From IMG/VR virus record IMGVR_UViG_3300037308_000174, positions 1 through 42,316 of that record: a stretch of DNA of 42,316 nt; one strand, given 5' to 3'. The translations under genes were made by a program, and so were the position numbers. This DNA comes from a virus. Its lineage: Duplodnaviria > Caudoviricetes. The notes below the pieces were generated by a model, which was not told the origin of the DNA, searched no databases, and worked only from the letters and a program-made list of their open reading frames with translations. Below are positions 1 through 7,218 of this stretch, piece by piece; positions within the stretch are counted from its first letter, which is position 1; each line of letters starts with the position of its first letter.

Positions 1-124
1 GCCGCCCGCCAGGGGCCGCCCGCCAGGGGCCGCCCGCCAGGGGCCGCCCGCCAGGGGCCGCCCGCCAGGGGCCGCCCGCCAGGGGCCGCCCGCCAGGGGC
101 CGCCCGCCAGGGGCCGCCCGCCAG
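1..124. repeat. 14-bp tandem repeat GCCGCCCGCCAGGG, ~8.9 copies, truncated by the window start
   Basis: Exact 14-nt periodicity from base 1 to 124. Confidence 0.97.
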
Positions 125-205
125 AGCGGCAGGGCGGGCGCCGGCTCCTGGCTAACGGTGCTTCCGGCAGGAGGCCAAAACAAACATTAGCAACAACTAA
201 TATGT

Positions 206-353
206 GGCGCAAAACGGCGCAGAATACCCCTCGTTCTGCGCCGAATTATTTTCGCGCCGCCTTAAGGGAAAAAAGCCGGCGCGAAATTGCCGGCTTTTCC
301 CTTTCTCGACACACGGCGCGAAATGGCGCGAAATGGCGCGGATGGCGCGAAAT
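206..353. repeat. Cluster of GGCGCGAAAT-like decamers (possible iterons/origin)
   Basis: Exact copies at 278-287, 315-324, 325-334, 344-353; variants at 206-215, 216-225, 335-343; inverted variant at ~249-258. Confidence 0.75.
264..303 (-). terminator. Intrinsic (possibly bidirectional) terminator downstream of primase-helicase
   Basis: AAAAGCCGGC (271-280) / GCCGGCTTTT (289-298) stem; T6 follows the stem on the minus strand, ~50 nt after the stop at 354. Confidence 0.7.
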
Positions 354-2483
354 TCACTTTTCGACCACCTCGAGCCACCCTTGCGGGCGTCCCACACCCC
401 CCTCGGCCGGCTCTATCTGACGCCGCAGCCGCCCGGACTCAAGCGCGAGTTGCAGGACCTCCTCGATTTCCCGCCGGGTGGCTTCGACTGCCTGCCGAAG
501 CCGAGCAGACTCCCGCCACTCCCGATAGGAGCCACGGCGGCCCTCGAGCGCAGCCGTGCGGATATAGACGAGGACCCGCTCCAGCTGCGCTCGCTGACGC
601 TCCGCCGCCAGCGCGGCCTTGGCGTCCTCGACCTCCTCGATCTCGAGCCCCTGCGCCCAGCGCCAGGACCAGCCCTCGCGGATTAGCCAGACAGGCGCGC
701 TTCTCGGCCCCCAGGACTGCTTGGTGACGTGCTTGCGCAATACCCGCCCATGGGCGACGTCGGCGGCCAGGACTCCCGCCGGCGGTATCCAGAGCTTGCC
801 GTTGGTGTCTACGTGCGGCACCAGTACCGTGACGTGCCGGGCCCCGTCGCCGAGGGCGCTGCCGCCCCTGCCAGAGTACTGATCGATCACCTCCTCCCGT
901 GCCTGACCCTTGCCGGTATGGTGAATGAGAATGAGCGCCGCCCCGAGGCCCGCCTGCACCTGACGCGCGACCACGATTAGCAGGTCCGTCGCCCGGTTGT
1001 CGTTTTCCTCGCCACCGCCTACCCGGATCGCCGTGTCAACCACGGCGATGTCGATGCCGAGCGGCCCGTAGGCGTCCACGATGTCCTGGGGCCGGCGGGT
1101 CGGCACCAGGTTGCCGCGCTCGTCTCGCGTGATCCAGGGGGCGTAGACCCGCGTCGCGTCGAGGATGTGCAGGCTCTGCCATACGTGCAGGCGCTCGGCG
1201 TAGGTGAGCCCGAGCGCCGTCATCATCAGGTGCATGCGGTACTCGATCAACTCACGCGGGTCCTCGTGCGTCACGTAGAGCGCCTTGAGCGGGCGCAGGA
1301 CCTCGCGCCCGTAGAGCGGCCGGCCGAGCACCAGGTGTATGAGCTCCCACAGCATCAGCGTGGACTTGCCCGCTCCGCCTGCCCCTACGGCAAGACAGAC
1401 TTCGACCGGCAGATAGCCGTCTACGAGCCACACAGGGCGCCAGGCGGGGCCGCCTTCGGCATACTCCTCGGCCCGACACCGATCTCGCGCTGGCAGGGCA
1501 TACGTGAAGCCTCCGCCCGGATCGCGCGTCACCCGTCCGCCTGGGGCCGACGGCGGGTCATCGACCGCTCTAGGCGTCTGCGTGCCGCTCTCGCCATCAA
1601 AGTCCTCAGGCGTAGCCTGCTGCCAGCCGTGTTGCGCGGCGAGGCCGTAGATCGCCTGCCAGTGCGTAGCCTCGGGCCGGAACGAGCTCCATCGGTAATC
1701 GGCGTCCTCGGGCTGCCACTTGGGCGAGGTAGCGCTCCAACCCTCCCAGAGCGCTCGGCACGCATCGCCCCCAGTCTTGAGGGCGTGCCCGACCCGCACC
1801 CATAGATCCCGCTCATCCGCCGGGACGTGCTCGAGCGCCTGCGCCAGGCGCTCGAGCTCGCCCTCGGTTGGCGGGGTTGTCTCGAGCTCGGTTGCCTCGT
1901 GCCGGGCCCGTGGGATGGGCGGGAAGGCTTGAAGGATCTCCTCCCAGGCGTAGCGCTGGCCGTTGCAGTGCTCGAGCCGGCACACGAACCCGTCACGACC
2001 CGGCTTGCGGTTAGGGAAGCCTGGCAGCCGCAGAACTCGGGCGAGGTCCTTAGCTCCGGGATCACTGCCGTAGCTCTCGACCATGCGCCGCTCGACGCCC
2101 TCGAGCGCCTCGAGATCAAGCGTGGAGGTGAGCCACCAGCGCTGGCAGCGCCCGGCGCTGGTTGCGACGATGATGTTGGGCGGCAAGGGCAGGGCGATGC
2201 CGGCTCCGCCACCGTCATCCTCTTGGAACGCTGCACGGCCGCGGATGATGTTGACGCGCTTGCGCCCGCGGCCGTCGCCAGCCTGCGCGAGGACGTAGAC
2301 ATCGTTCCCTGAGGACGAGAGCCAGCATAGCTCCGCCCACTTGGCATCGAGCGTGCCGTGCATCTCGCGCGTGCCTGCGGGACCGCGCGAGAAGAAGGTA
2401 TGCCTTGCGTTGGGGGCGCCCGCGAGGGCGTCAAGGAACTGCGTGGCCTGCGCTTTGCGCTCGGCCTCGCTCGTTGGTATCAT
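354..2483 (-). CDS. Primase-helicase (RepB'-like primase + PriCT_2 + AAA_25/RecA-like helicase)
   Basis: DPGAKDLARVLRLPGFPNRK primase motif; W..VGHALK...W..WS..S.KW PriCT_2 motif; Walker A GAGGAGKS; Walker B VVDT; LIHHTGK and GRGGSAL motifs; GGAGG RBS upstream. Confidence 0.9.
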   Translation of the reverse strand: MIPTSEAERKAQATQFLDALAGAPNARHTFFSRGPAGTREMHGTLDAKWAELCWLSSSGNDVYVLAQAGDGRGRKRVNIIRGRAAFQEDDGGGAGIALPLPPNIIVATSAGRCQRWWLTSTLDLEALEGVERRMVESYGSDPGAKDLARVLRLPGFPNRKPGRDGFVCRLEHCNGQRYAWEEILQAFPPIPRARHEATELETTPPTEGELERLAQALEHVPADERDLWVRVGHALKTGGDACRALWEGWSATSPKWQPEDADYRWSSFRPEATHWQAIYGLAAQHGWQQATPEDFDGESGTQTPRAVDDPPSAPGGRVTRDPGGGFTYALPARDRCRAEEYAEGGPAWRPVWLVDGYLPVEVCLAVGAGGAGKSTLMLWELIHLVLGRPLYGREVLRPLKALYVTHEDPRELIEYRMHLMMTALGLTYAERLHVWQSLHILDATRVYAPWITRDERGNLVPTRRPQDIVDAYGPLGIDIAVVDTAIRVGGGEENDNRATDLLIVVARQVQAGLGAALILIHHTGKGQAREEVIDQYSGRGGSALGDGARHVTVLVPHVDTNGKLWIPPAGVLAADVAHGRVLRKHVTKQSWGPRSAPVWLIREGWSWRWAQGLEIEEVEDAKAALAAERQRAQLERVLVYIRTAALEGRRGSYREWRESARLRQAVEATRREIEEVLQLALESGRLRRQIEPAEGGVGRPQGWLEVVEK

Positions 2484-2527
2484 CTATCTTGACCTCCACA
2501 GTTGGACTTGCCCTCCATGTGGCTTTC

Positions 2528-2556
2528 GCGGCGCCTTCGGGCGCCGCTTCTTTTTT
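2528..2556 (+). terminator. Intrinsic terminator on + strand, antisense to the primase leader
   Basis: GCGGCGCC-TTCG-GGCGCCGC followed by TTCTTTTTT. Confidence 0.7.
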
Positions 2557-2564
2557 CTCTCCGC

Positions 2565-2759
2565 TCAACCCGCTTCAGATCCGCCACCGACCACGAACAG
2601 GGCCATCCCCTCATCATGTAGCGGCTGATAGGTAACTCCGGTAGCACGCATCTCGGCTACGAGCTCGGCGCGCCGCTCGCCAAAGTACACGAGCGCAGAC
2701 GGAAAGGGGGCGCCGCTTTCGGCCGTCCCGAACCGAAGCCGTGAAAGAGTCAGGAACTT
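2565..2759 (-). pseudogene. C-terminal remnant of a phage DNA N6-adenine methyltransferase (Dam-like)
   Basis: Frame reads KFLTLSRLRFGTAESGAPFPSALVYFG..., resembling the RL.F...APFPS.VV.F C-terminus of phage Dam; preceded by an in-frame TAA; no NPPY-containing N-terminal part. Confidence 0.45.
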
Positions 2760-2778
2760 TTACCACCTCATGCGCAAA

Positions 2779-2861
2779 AGCCCGCTACGGGCTGAGGCCG
2801 GGAGGTCAGCCCCGGGACCAGGGGGCTGAATCCCTGGCGCAACCCCAGCCCGTAGCGGGCT
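2779..2861 (-). ncRNA. C4-like antisense RNA (three-way junction)
   Basis: Perfect 16-bp closing stem (2779-2794/2846-2861) enclosing hairpins CCAGGG-attcagcc-CCCTGG and CCGGG-gctgacct-CCCGG; loops complementary to upstream GGTCA...GGCTGA and to the primase RBS. Confidence 0.65.
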
Positions 2862-2906
2862 CGTGAAGCTCAGCCTGTAGCGCCCGGTGACCAGCCGAGC
2901 TTGCCG

Positions 2907-2935
2907 AGCGTAGCCCTGGCCACAGAATGACGCAA
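2907..2935 (-). promoter_or_regulatory. Leftward sigma70-like promoter for the C4-like RNA/primase transcript
   Basis: TTGCGT-17 nt-TACGCT on the minus strand. Confidence 0.5.
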
Positions 2936-2999
2936 CAATGGCCGCCGGGTCATAGATTCAGCTTATCGCCATCATAAAAAACTTTTGTGCTACTTCCCC

Positions 3000-3027
3000 T
3001 TGTATTAGTCCGTGAGAGGACTATACT
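3000..3027 (+). promoter_or_regulatory. Rightward sigma70-like promoter with overlapping palindromic operator
   Basis: TTGTAT-16 nt-TATACT with AT-rich upstream region; TAGTCC-N6-GGACTA inverted repeat at 3006-3023. Confidence 0.6.
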
Positions 3028-3124
3028 TACAACATCAGACAGCAACACGGACCGCCCCCCGCAGAAGTGGGCTCCCGGCCTCCGACCAGCGCGAGACCGA
3101 CCGGGGTGGAGAAAGAGAGAGAGA

Positions 3125-3182
3125 CCAACCAAACATCAACCAACCAAACATCAACCAAACATCAACCAAACATCAACCAACC
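3125..3182 (+). repeat. G-free CCAAACATCAA x4 repeat with CCAA inserts
   Basis: Direct reading of 3125-3182. Confidence 0.9.
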
Positions 3183-3217
3183 GGCACCACGGACGGTGCG
3201 TAACCAAGGAGACGACA

Positions 3218-3409
3218 ATGACCCTGCACGAGATCCGCAAAGCCGCCCTCCGCTCCAATCCGAGCGCCTCGAAGGCGCGCATTAGAAATAACGAGGTCCA
3301 CGTGTTCGGCCCGATGCCGAACACCAACCAGGAAGGTTGGTACTTCGTGGGTTGGATGGAGGAAATCCAGAAGAACATCCAGAAGACGGGCGAGGCCAAC
3401 CGTCGCTGA
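3218..3409 (+). CDS. Small early hypothetical protein (63 aa)
   Basis: ATG with AAGGAG RBS; MTLHEIRKAALRSN... Confidence 0.7.
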   Translation: MTLHEIRKAALRSNPSASKARIRNNEVHVFGPMPNTNQEGWYFVGWMEEIQKNIQKTGEANRR

Positions 3410-3447
3410 CCAACCCGCGCCACGGGCGGCGCCAAACGGAGGACAAC

Positions 3448-3663
3448 ATGACACGCGACCAGAACGGCAGGCCGATTCGCAAGAACATAGCGCGGGAAAG
3501 CGCGCCGCGCGGTGACGCCCCAATCGCATGGGGCGTCACCGTGTGGTTCGGAGGGTGGAACGGACTTGGCACAGATGTTCGGAGATATTTCTACCGGACG
3601 CGGGACGAGGCCCGAAAGGCCGATATCAGTGACAGACTCGGCCAGCGCGGCCGTGTCTGGTAG
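3448..3663 (+). CDS. Small early hypothetical protein (71 aa)
   Basis: ATG with GGAGG RBS; MTRDQNGRPIRK... Confidence 0.7.
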   Translation: MTRDQNGRPIRKNIARESAPRGDAPIAWGVTVWFGGWNGLGTDVRRYFYRTRDEARKADISDRLGQRGRVW

Positions 3664-3676
3664 CCAAACGACAAGA

Positions 3677-3859
3677 GTGACCGGCCTCCTCACAACCGCC
3701 CAGGTCGCCATCATCCTGGGCGTATCCCAACACGAGGCCCGGCGCCTATGCCGGGCCGGACTGCTTCCCGCCCGGCGCATCGGGCGGGACTGGCTCGTGC
3801 GCGAGGCCGACGCGCGAGCCTACGTCAGGCGGGGGCGGGGGCGCCCCTGCCGCTCGTAA
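3677..3859 (+). CDS. Excisionase/MerR-like HTH DNA-binding protein (HTH_17)
   Basis: LLTTAQVAIILGVS..EARRLCRAGLLPARRIGRDWLV pattern; start uncertain. Confidence 0.85.
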   Translation: MTGLLTTAQVAIILGVSQHEARRLCRAGLLPARRIGRDWLVREADARAYVRRGRGRPCRS

Positions 3860-3861
3860 TA

Positions 3862-3896
3862 GAAAGCCCCGGCGCCGGCCCGTATGGGCGCCGGGG
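3862..3896 (-). terminator. Hairpin between convergent HTH genes, possible terminator
   Basis: CCCCGGCGCC/GGCGCCGGGG stem followed by CTTTCT on the minus strand. Confidence 0.4.
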
Positions 3897-3933
3897 AAGC
3901 CCGCCCGGAGGGGATAGGCTAACCGGGCGGAGG

Positions 3934-4155
3934 TCATGCGGGCCCGCGCGACACCCCGTCGCACGGGTCCGGATACAGGTCTGGCCGCAGCGCGTGCGGC
4001 GTGACGCCGGTCAGCCGGTACAATTGAATCACCCGCTCGGCCGGCACCCGCCCGGAGCGTTCCCAGCTGTAGAGCGACTCGACCCGCACGCCGAGGGCGC
4101 GGGCGAGGGCAGCTTTGCTGCCGGCCACCCGAACCGCCTGCAAGTACCCGTCCAT
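3934..4155 (-). CDS. Cro/YdaS-like HTH transcriptional regulator
   Basis: AGSKAALARALGV...LYSW...GRVPAERV.......GVTPHALRPDLY pattern. Confidence 0.88.
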   Translation of the reverse strand: MDGYLQAVRVAGSKAALARALGVRVESLYSWERSGRVPAERVIQLYRLTGVTPHALRPDLYPDPCDGVSRGPA

Positions 4156-4163
4156 GCGCCAAT

Positions 4164-4209
4164 AGACTAGCCGATGCCCCTTGACAGGACAACCTGGGCA
4201 GGCTAGCCT
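4164..4209. promoter_or_regulatory. Back-to-back divergent promoters
   Basis: Plus: TTGACA (4181-4186)-17-TAGCCT (4204-4209). Minus: TTGTCC (4192-4187)-17-TAGTCT (4169-4164), 8 nt before the Cro-like ATG. TAGACTAG/CTAGTCTA inverted pair at 4163-4170 and 4208-4215. Confidence 0.7.
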
Positions 4210-4215
4210 AGTCTA

Positions 4216-5145
4216 CATAGACGTAAAGTCCTGGCCGCGGGCAACGCACCCCGCCGCCAGGCCCCTACCCCGAGACTGGGCCGGACTCGGGCAAGGCCCC
4301 CGCAGGGCGATGCGTGAAAGCTGCGGACCCCCGGCAGGGCTATCCGGGGCTGGGAAGGAGCGGCGTAGACGCAGCCCAGGAAACAATGCGCCCTTGGTCC
4401 GCCGGCCTCCGGCGTCGGCGGACGACCCCTGATGAAGAAAAGGGCATAGAGCCGGGCGACTGGCCCCCGTAAGGGGCCAATGGAGAGGGCGCCGCAGGGC
4501 GCCGGCCCCGAGGGGCACGACCGGGCGAGCGCTACCTCGCCCGGCACGGCCTCGGGAGAGCCCCCGTAGCGGGGGGCGGGCCGGAGGACTGGGGGCAGGC
4601 CCCAGTGCCCTCTCCCGCATAGGGGCGCGCGAAGCACCCCAAACAAACAGGCGCGAACCGAGGCGTAGAGCCTCGGCAAGCCGTGACCCCATTAGTCGCC
4701 AGCCACGACTGATGGGAGCGGCGAGCCGAGGGGAGCCTCGGGGATGGAAAGGTCGGGGTCCCGGCGCCGCGTGGCTGCGGTGCCGCCAACCTAGCGGGTT
4801 CGAGTCCCGCCGCGCCTTCCTTTTGTTGCCCGTCCCCGCCCGGGGCGGACGGTCCCCGCAGGCGACGGGGCGCGGCTAACGACCCCGCGCCGGCCTGCCG
4901 GGACGAACCCCATCCCCGTAAGGGGTGGGCGACCGGGCGACCCTGAGCGCCGGCAGGCTGTCCGGTGCGGCGAGCCAGCGCCTAGCGCCCCACGAAGGGC
5001 GGACGAACTGGGCGGGACGGCACCCCACCGCCTCCGTGACTCTGGCAGGGCGCATGGGGGAGGCCCGGGCGTGGGCCTACCCAAGGACGGGGAGAGCGGC
5101 GCCGCAGCGCACCTGCGGCAATCAAGGGCCCCGAGAAGGGGCGGG
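4216..5145 (+). ncRNA. Candidate large structured non-coding RNA or leader
   Basis: No convincing ORF in ~930 nt behind a TTGACA promoter; dense hairpins; duplicated CCCCGTAAGGGG (4465-4476, 4914-4925); long-range pairings. Confidence 0.5.
4649..4818 (+). ncRNA. tRNA-like element (acceptor-like stem plus T-arm, expanded core)
   Basis: GCGGG-TTCGAGT-CCCGC (4794-4810) directly followed by CGCGCCT (4811-4817), which pairs with AGGCGCG (4649-4655). Confidence 0.55.
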
Positions 5146-5154
5146 AGGTAGAGC

Positions 5155-5385
5155 GTGAGCCGGTTCAACGACCTTGGGATGGCCCGCACGGCCATCCAAG
5201 CGTTCAACGCCACCCCGGGCGCATGGGACGCGCTCGGGGCGTTCGAGGACCTAGGTGGAAACACCTGGACCCTGACGGGTGGGTGGCGCCATTGGTACCA
5301 GTTCGCCACCCAGGCCGACCGGGCGGCGATGGCCGCCCTATCGGCGTCCGACCGGGCGGCGCTGGTCGCGGTCCTCGGGCCGTGA
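5155..5385 (+). CDS. Hypothetical protein (76 aa)
   Basis: GTG with GGAGGT RBS; first gene of a stop/start-coupled run. Confidence 0.7.
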   Translation: MSRFNDLGMARTAIQAFNATPGAWDALGAFEDLGGNTWTLTGGWRHWYQFATQADRAAMAALSASDRAALVAVLGP

Positions 5386-5606
5386 CCCGCCGCCCCCTTT
5401 CCATCCTCATCCGGCGGACTCCCGCCCACGCCTGCGTGGCGTGGGTCGAGCCGCACCCCGCTACCGGCAAGCATGCCTTGCGCCTGCTTCGCGTCACATC
5501 CCATACCGGGGCATCCCCCGAAGTGGCCGACCTGATCGGTCGGTCATATTATTCCCGCCGCGCGCTCCGTGCGGCGATCCTCAACCGCATGCAGGAGGCT
5601 CCATGA
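5382..5606 (+). CDS. Hypothetical protein (74 aa)
   Basis: GTGA overlap with the upstream gene, ATGA overlap with the next. Confidence 0.6.
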   Translation: MTRRPLSILIRRTPAHACVAWVEPHPATGKHALRLLRVTSHTGASPEVADLIGRSYYSRRALRAAILNRMQEAP

Positions 5607-5842
5607 CCACCCCAGATCAACAGCTTCGCGCTGCCGAGGCTTGTGAAGTGGCCTCGGACCCCTACTCGTTGCAGGACGCCGTGCACCTGTATTCAGGCGC
5701 CGGCTACGAGCCTGCTCTCTGGGCCGTCCTCGCCGAGCTCGCGAGCGGCACTGCCCGCCCCGCCACCGACGGTCAGCGCGAGCTCAAGCGCCTGCTCTGG
5801 CAGTGCGCCGAGGCCCTGGCGCGGAAGGGCGAAGACGCATGA
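5603..5842 (+). CDS. Hypothetical protein (79 aa)
   Basis: ATGA overlap, AGGAGG RBS; MTTPDQQLRAAE... Confidence 0.7.
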   Translation: MTTPDQQLRAAEACEVASDPYSLQDAVHLYSGAGYEPALWAVLAELASGTARPATDGQRELKRLLWQCAEALARKGEDA

Positions 5843-5973
5843 GCGCCACTACTGCCCTGTGGCTCGCGCTTGCCTGGCTCGCGGGTGCCGGCATGGCCTG
5901 GCTATTCATAGCCGCGGCGGCCCGGCTCAACGCCCGCGCGGAGCGCGACGAGCACGAGGAGCACGGACCATGA
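5839..5973 (+). CDS. Small single-TM membrane protein (44 aa)
   Basis: MSATTALWLALAWLAGAGMAWLFIAAAARLNARAERDEHEEHGP; ATGA overlaps on both sides; below the ORF-track cutoff. Confidence 0.65.
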   Translation: MSATTALWLALAWLAGAGMAWLFIAAAARLNARAERDEHEEHGP

Positions 5974-6170
5974 GCTCAATCGAAATCCGGGCAGTAGATG
6001 GCTCACGCTGGGTGCGCGAGAAGGACTATCGGGCGCTTGAGCGCGAGCTCGTCGATGCCCGCGCCGCGTTGCGGGACGTAGACGCTCACGGTGGCCTCGT
6101 GCGCTTCTACAGTCAATGGCGTACCTACCACTACGAGGCCATCAAAGCCGCGCAAAAGGACAGCCCATGA
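5970..6170 (+). CDS. Hypothetical protein (66 aa)
   Basis: ATGA-coupled; MSSIEIRAVDGSRWV... Confidence 0.65.
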   Translation: MSSIEIRAVDGSRWVREKDYRALERELVDARAALRDVDAHGGLVRFYSQWRTYHYEAIKAAQKDSP

Positions 6171-6370
6171 CCACGATCCTAGGTCGGCTTCGTGTTGTCC
6201 CTGTCGCCCATCACTGGTGGCGGATTGAGCACCGGGCGACCGGTGAGTCGATGCATCTCGCGGGCAGCGTCACCGAGGCGCTGTCCGTGGCCGCTCGTAT
6301 GCATCCGGCCTTGTACGAGGGCGGGTCGTTCGAGCGCGCGTTCTGGCAAGCGCTGGAGGAAAAGGCATGA
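6167..6370 (+). CDS. Hypothetical protein (67 aa)
   Basis: ATGA-coupled; MTTILGRLRVVPVAHHWW... Confidence 0.65.
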   Translation: MTTILGRLRVVPVAHHWWRIEHRATGESMHLAGSVTEALSVAARMHPALYEGGSFERAFWQALEEKA

Positions 6371-7218
6371 CTCTGTTAGCGGAGTTGGAGCCCGTTGTGC
6401 GCTTGAAACGCGATGTTGCGGCAGCCGCCGCATCGTTGACGCTCGATGAGGCACGATGGGCGGTTGATACGTATTATCAGATCCAGAAGTTCCGGGTCGG
6501 AACGAATAACCGCGTGAAGGGCTTGGACCGGGACGCGGTGAAAGCTGGAACTGAGCCGGAGCCGCACTTGTTTCTCGGCTGGACGCTGGATCAGCTTGAG
6601 GTTCTTGAAAAGCAAATGGTGCGCGGTCTCGCGGCTTTTGCGGCCGAGCATCCAGTTCATCCCTGGCTTGACTCGATCGTTGGGATCGGGCCGGTGCTAT
6701 CGGCTGGGCTGATCGCGCACTTGGAGTTGCGTCCGACCGTCGGGGCCTGGTACAGATTCGCCGGTCTCGACCCGACGATGACCTGGGCCAAAGGCGAAAA
6801 GCGCCCATGGAACACAACGCTGAAGACGCTATGCTGGAAAATCGGCGACTCCTTTGTAAAAGTGTCGGGCCGTGACGATGCATACTACGGCAGAGCATAC
6901 GTCACCCGTAAGATCTACGAGATCGAACGGAACAAACCGGAGCTCATGGTTGAGACCGTTGCAAAGACTTTGGCCGAGAAGAAGTTTAGCCGCGATACGC
7001 AAGCGAAACGGGCATACGATCTCGGAATCCTGCCACCAGGGCGTATCGATCTGCGAGCACGTCGCTGGGCTACGAAGTTGTTTCTCAGCCACCTGCACGA
7101 AGTCTGGTGGCGACTCGAGCATAACGGCGAGATGCCGCCAGCGCCTTTCGCCATCGCGCGGCTGGGCCATGCGGACTATCTTCCGCCGCCTAATCTAAGT
7201 GTCGTTGGATTGAGTTAA
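6367..7218 (+). CDS. TIGR-associated Nop-domain protein, nuclease-less (TasA-like; IS110-related RNA-binding domain)
   Basis: Helical N-terminus then WLDSIVGIGPVLSAGLIA...WYRFAGLDP (IS110 Transposase_20/Nop-like motif); no DEDD RuvC or HNH domain; no SG catalytic loop after AGLDP; abuts a dual-repeat array. Confidence 0.82.
   Translation: MTLLAELEPVVRLKRDVAAAAASLTLDEARWAVDTYYQIQKFRVGTNNRVKGLDRDAVKAGTEPEPHLFLGWTLDQLEVLEKQMVRGLAAFAAEHPVHPWLDSIVGIGPVLSAGLIAHLELRPTVGAWYRFAGLDPTMTWAKGEKRPWNTTLKTLCWKIGDSFVKVSGRDDAYYGRAYVTRKIYEIERNKPELMVETVAKTLAEKKFSRDTQAKRAYDLGILPPGRIDLRARRWATKLFLSHLHEVWWRLEHNGEMPPAPFAIARLGHADYLPPPNLSVVGLS

Noticed and set aside
3677-3859. Integration/excision module
   Set aside because: Only an Xis-like HTH is present; no tyrosine or serine integrase or att site recognised
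4430-4440. Hammerhead ribozyme core CTGATGA..GAAA
   Set aside because: No stem II between the motifs and no convincing stems I/III
4730-4820. Canonical tRNA gene
   Set aside because: T-arm present but no acceptor 5' strand at normal distance, no anticodon arm and no CCA; kept only as tRNA-like
6367-7218. IS110 transposase/insertion sequence
   Set aside because: Lacks the N-terminal DEDD RuvC domain and the serine loop; translationally coupled to phage genes and followed by a guide-like array
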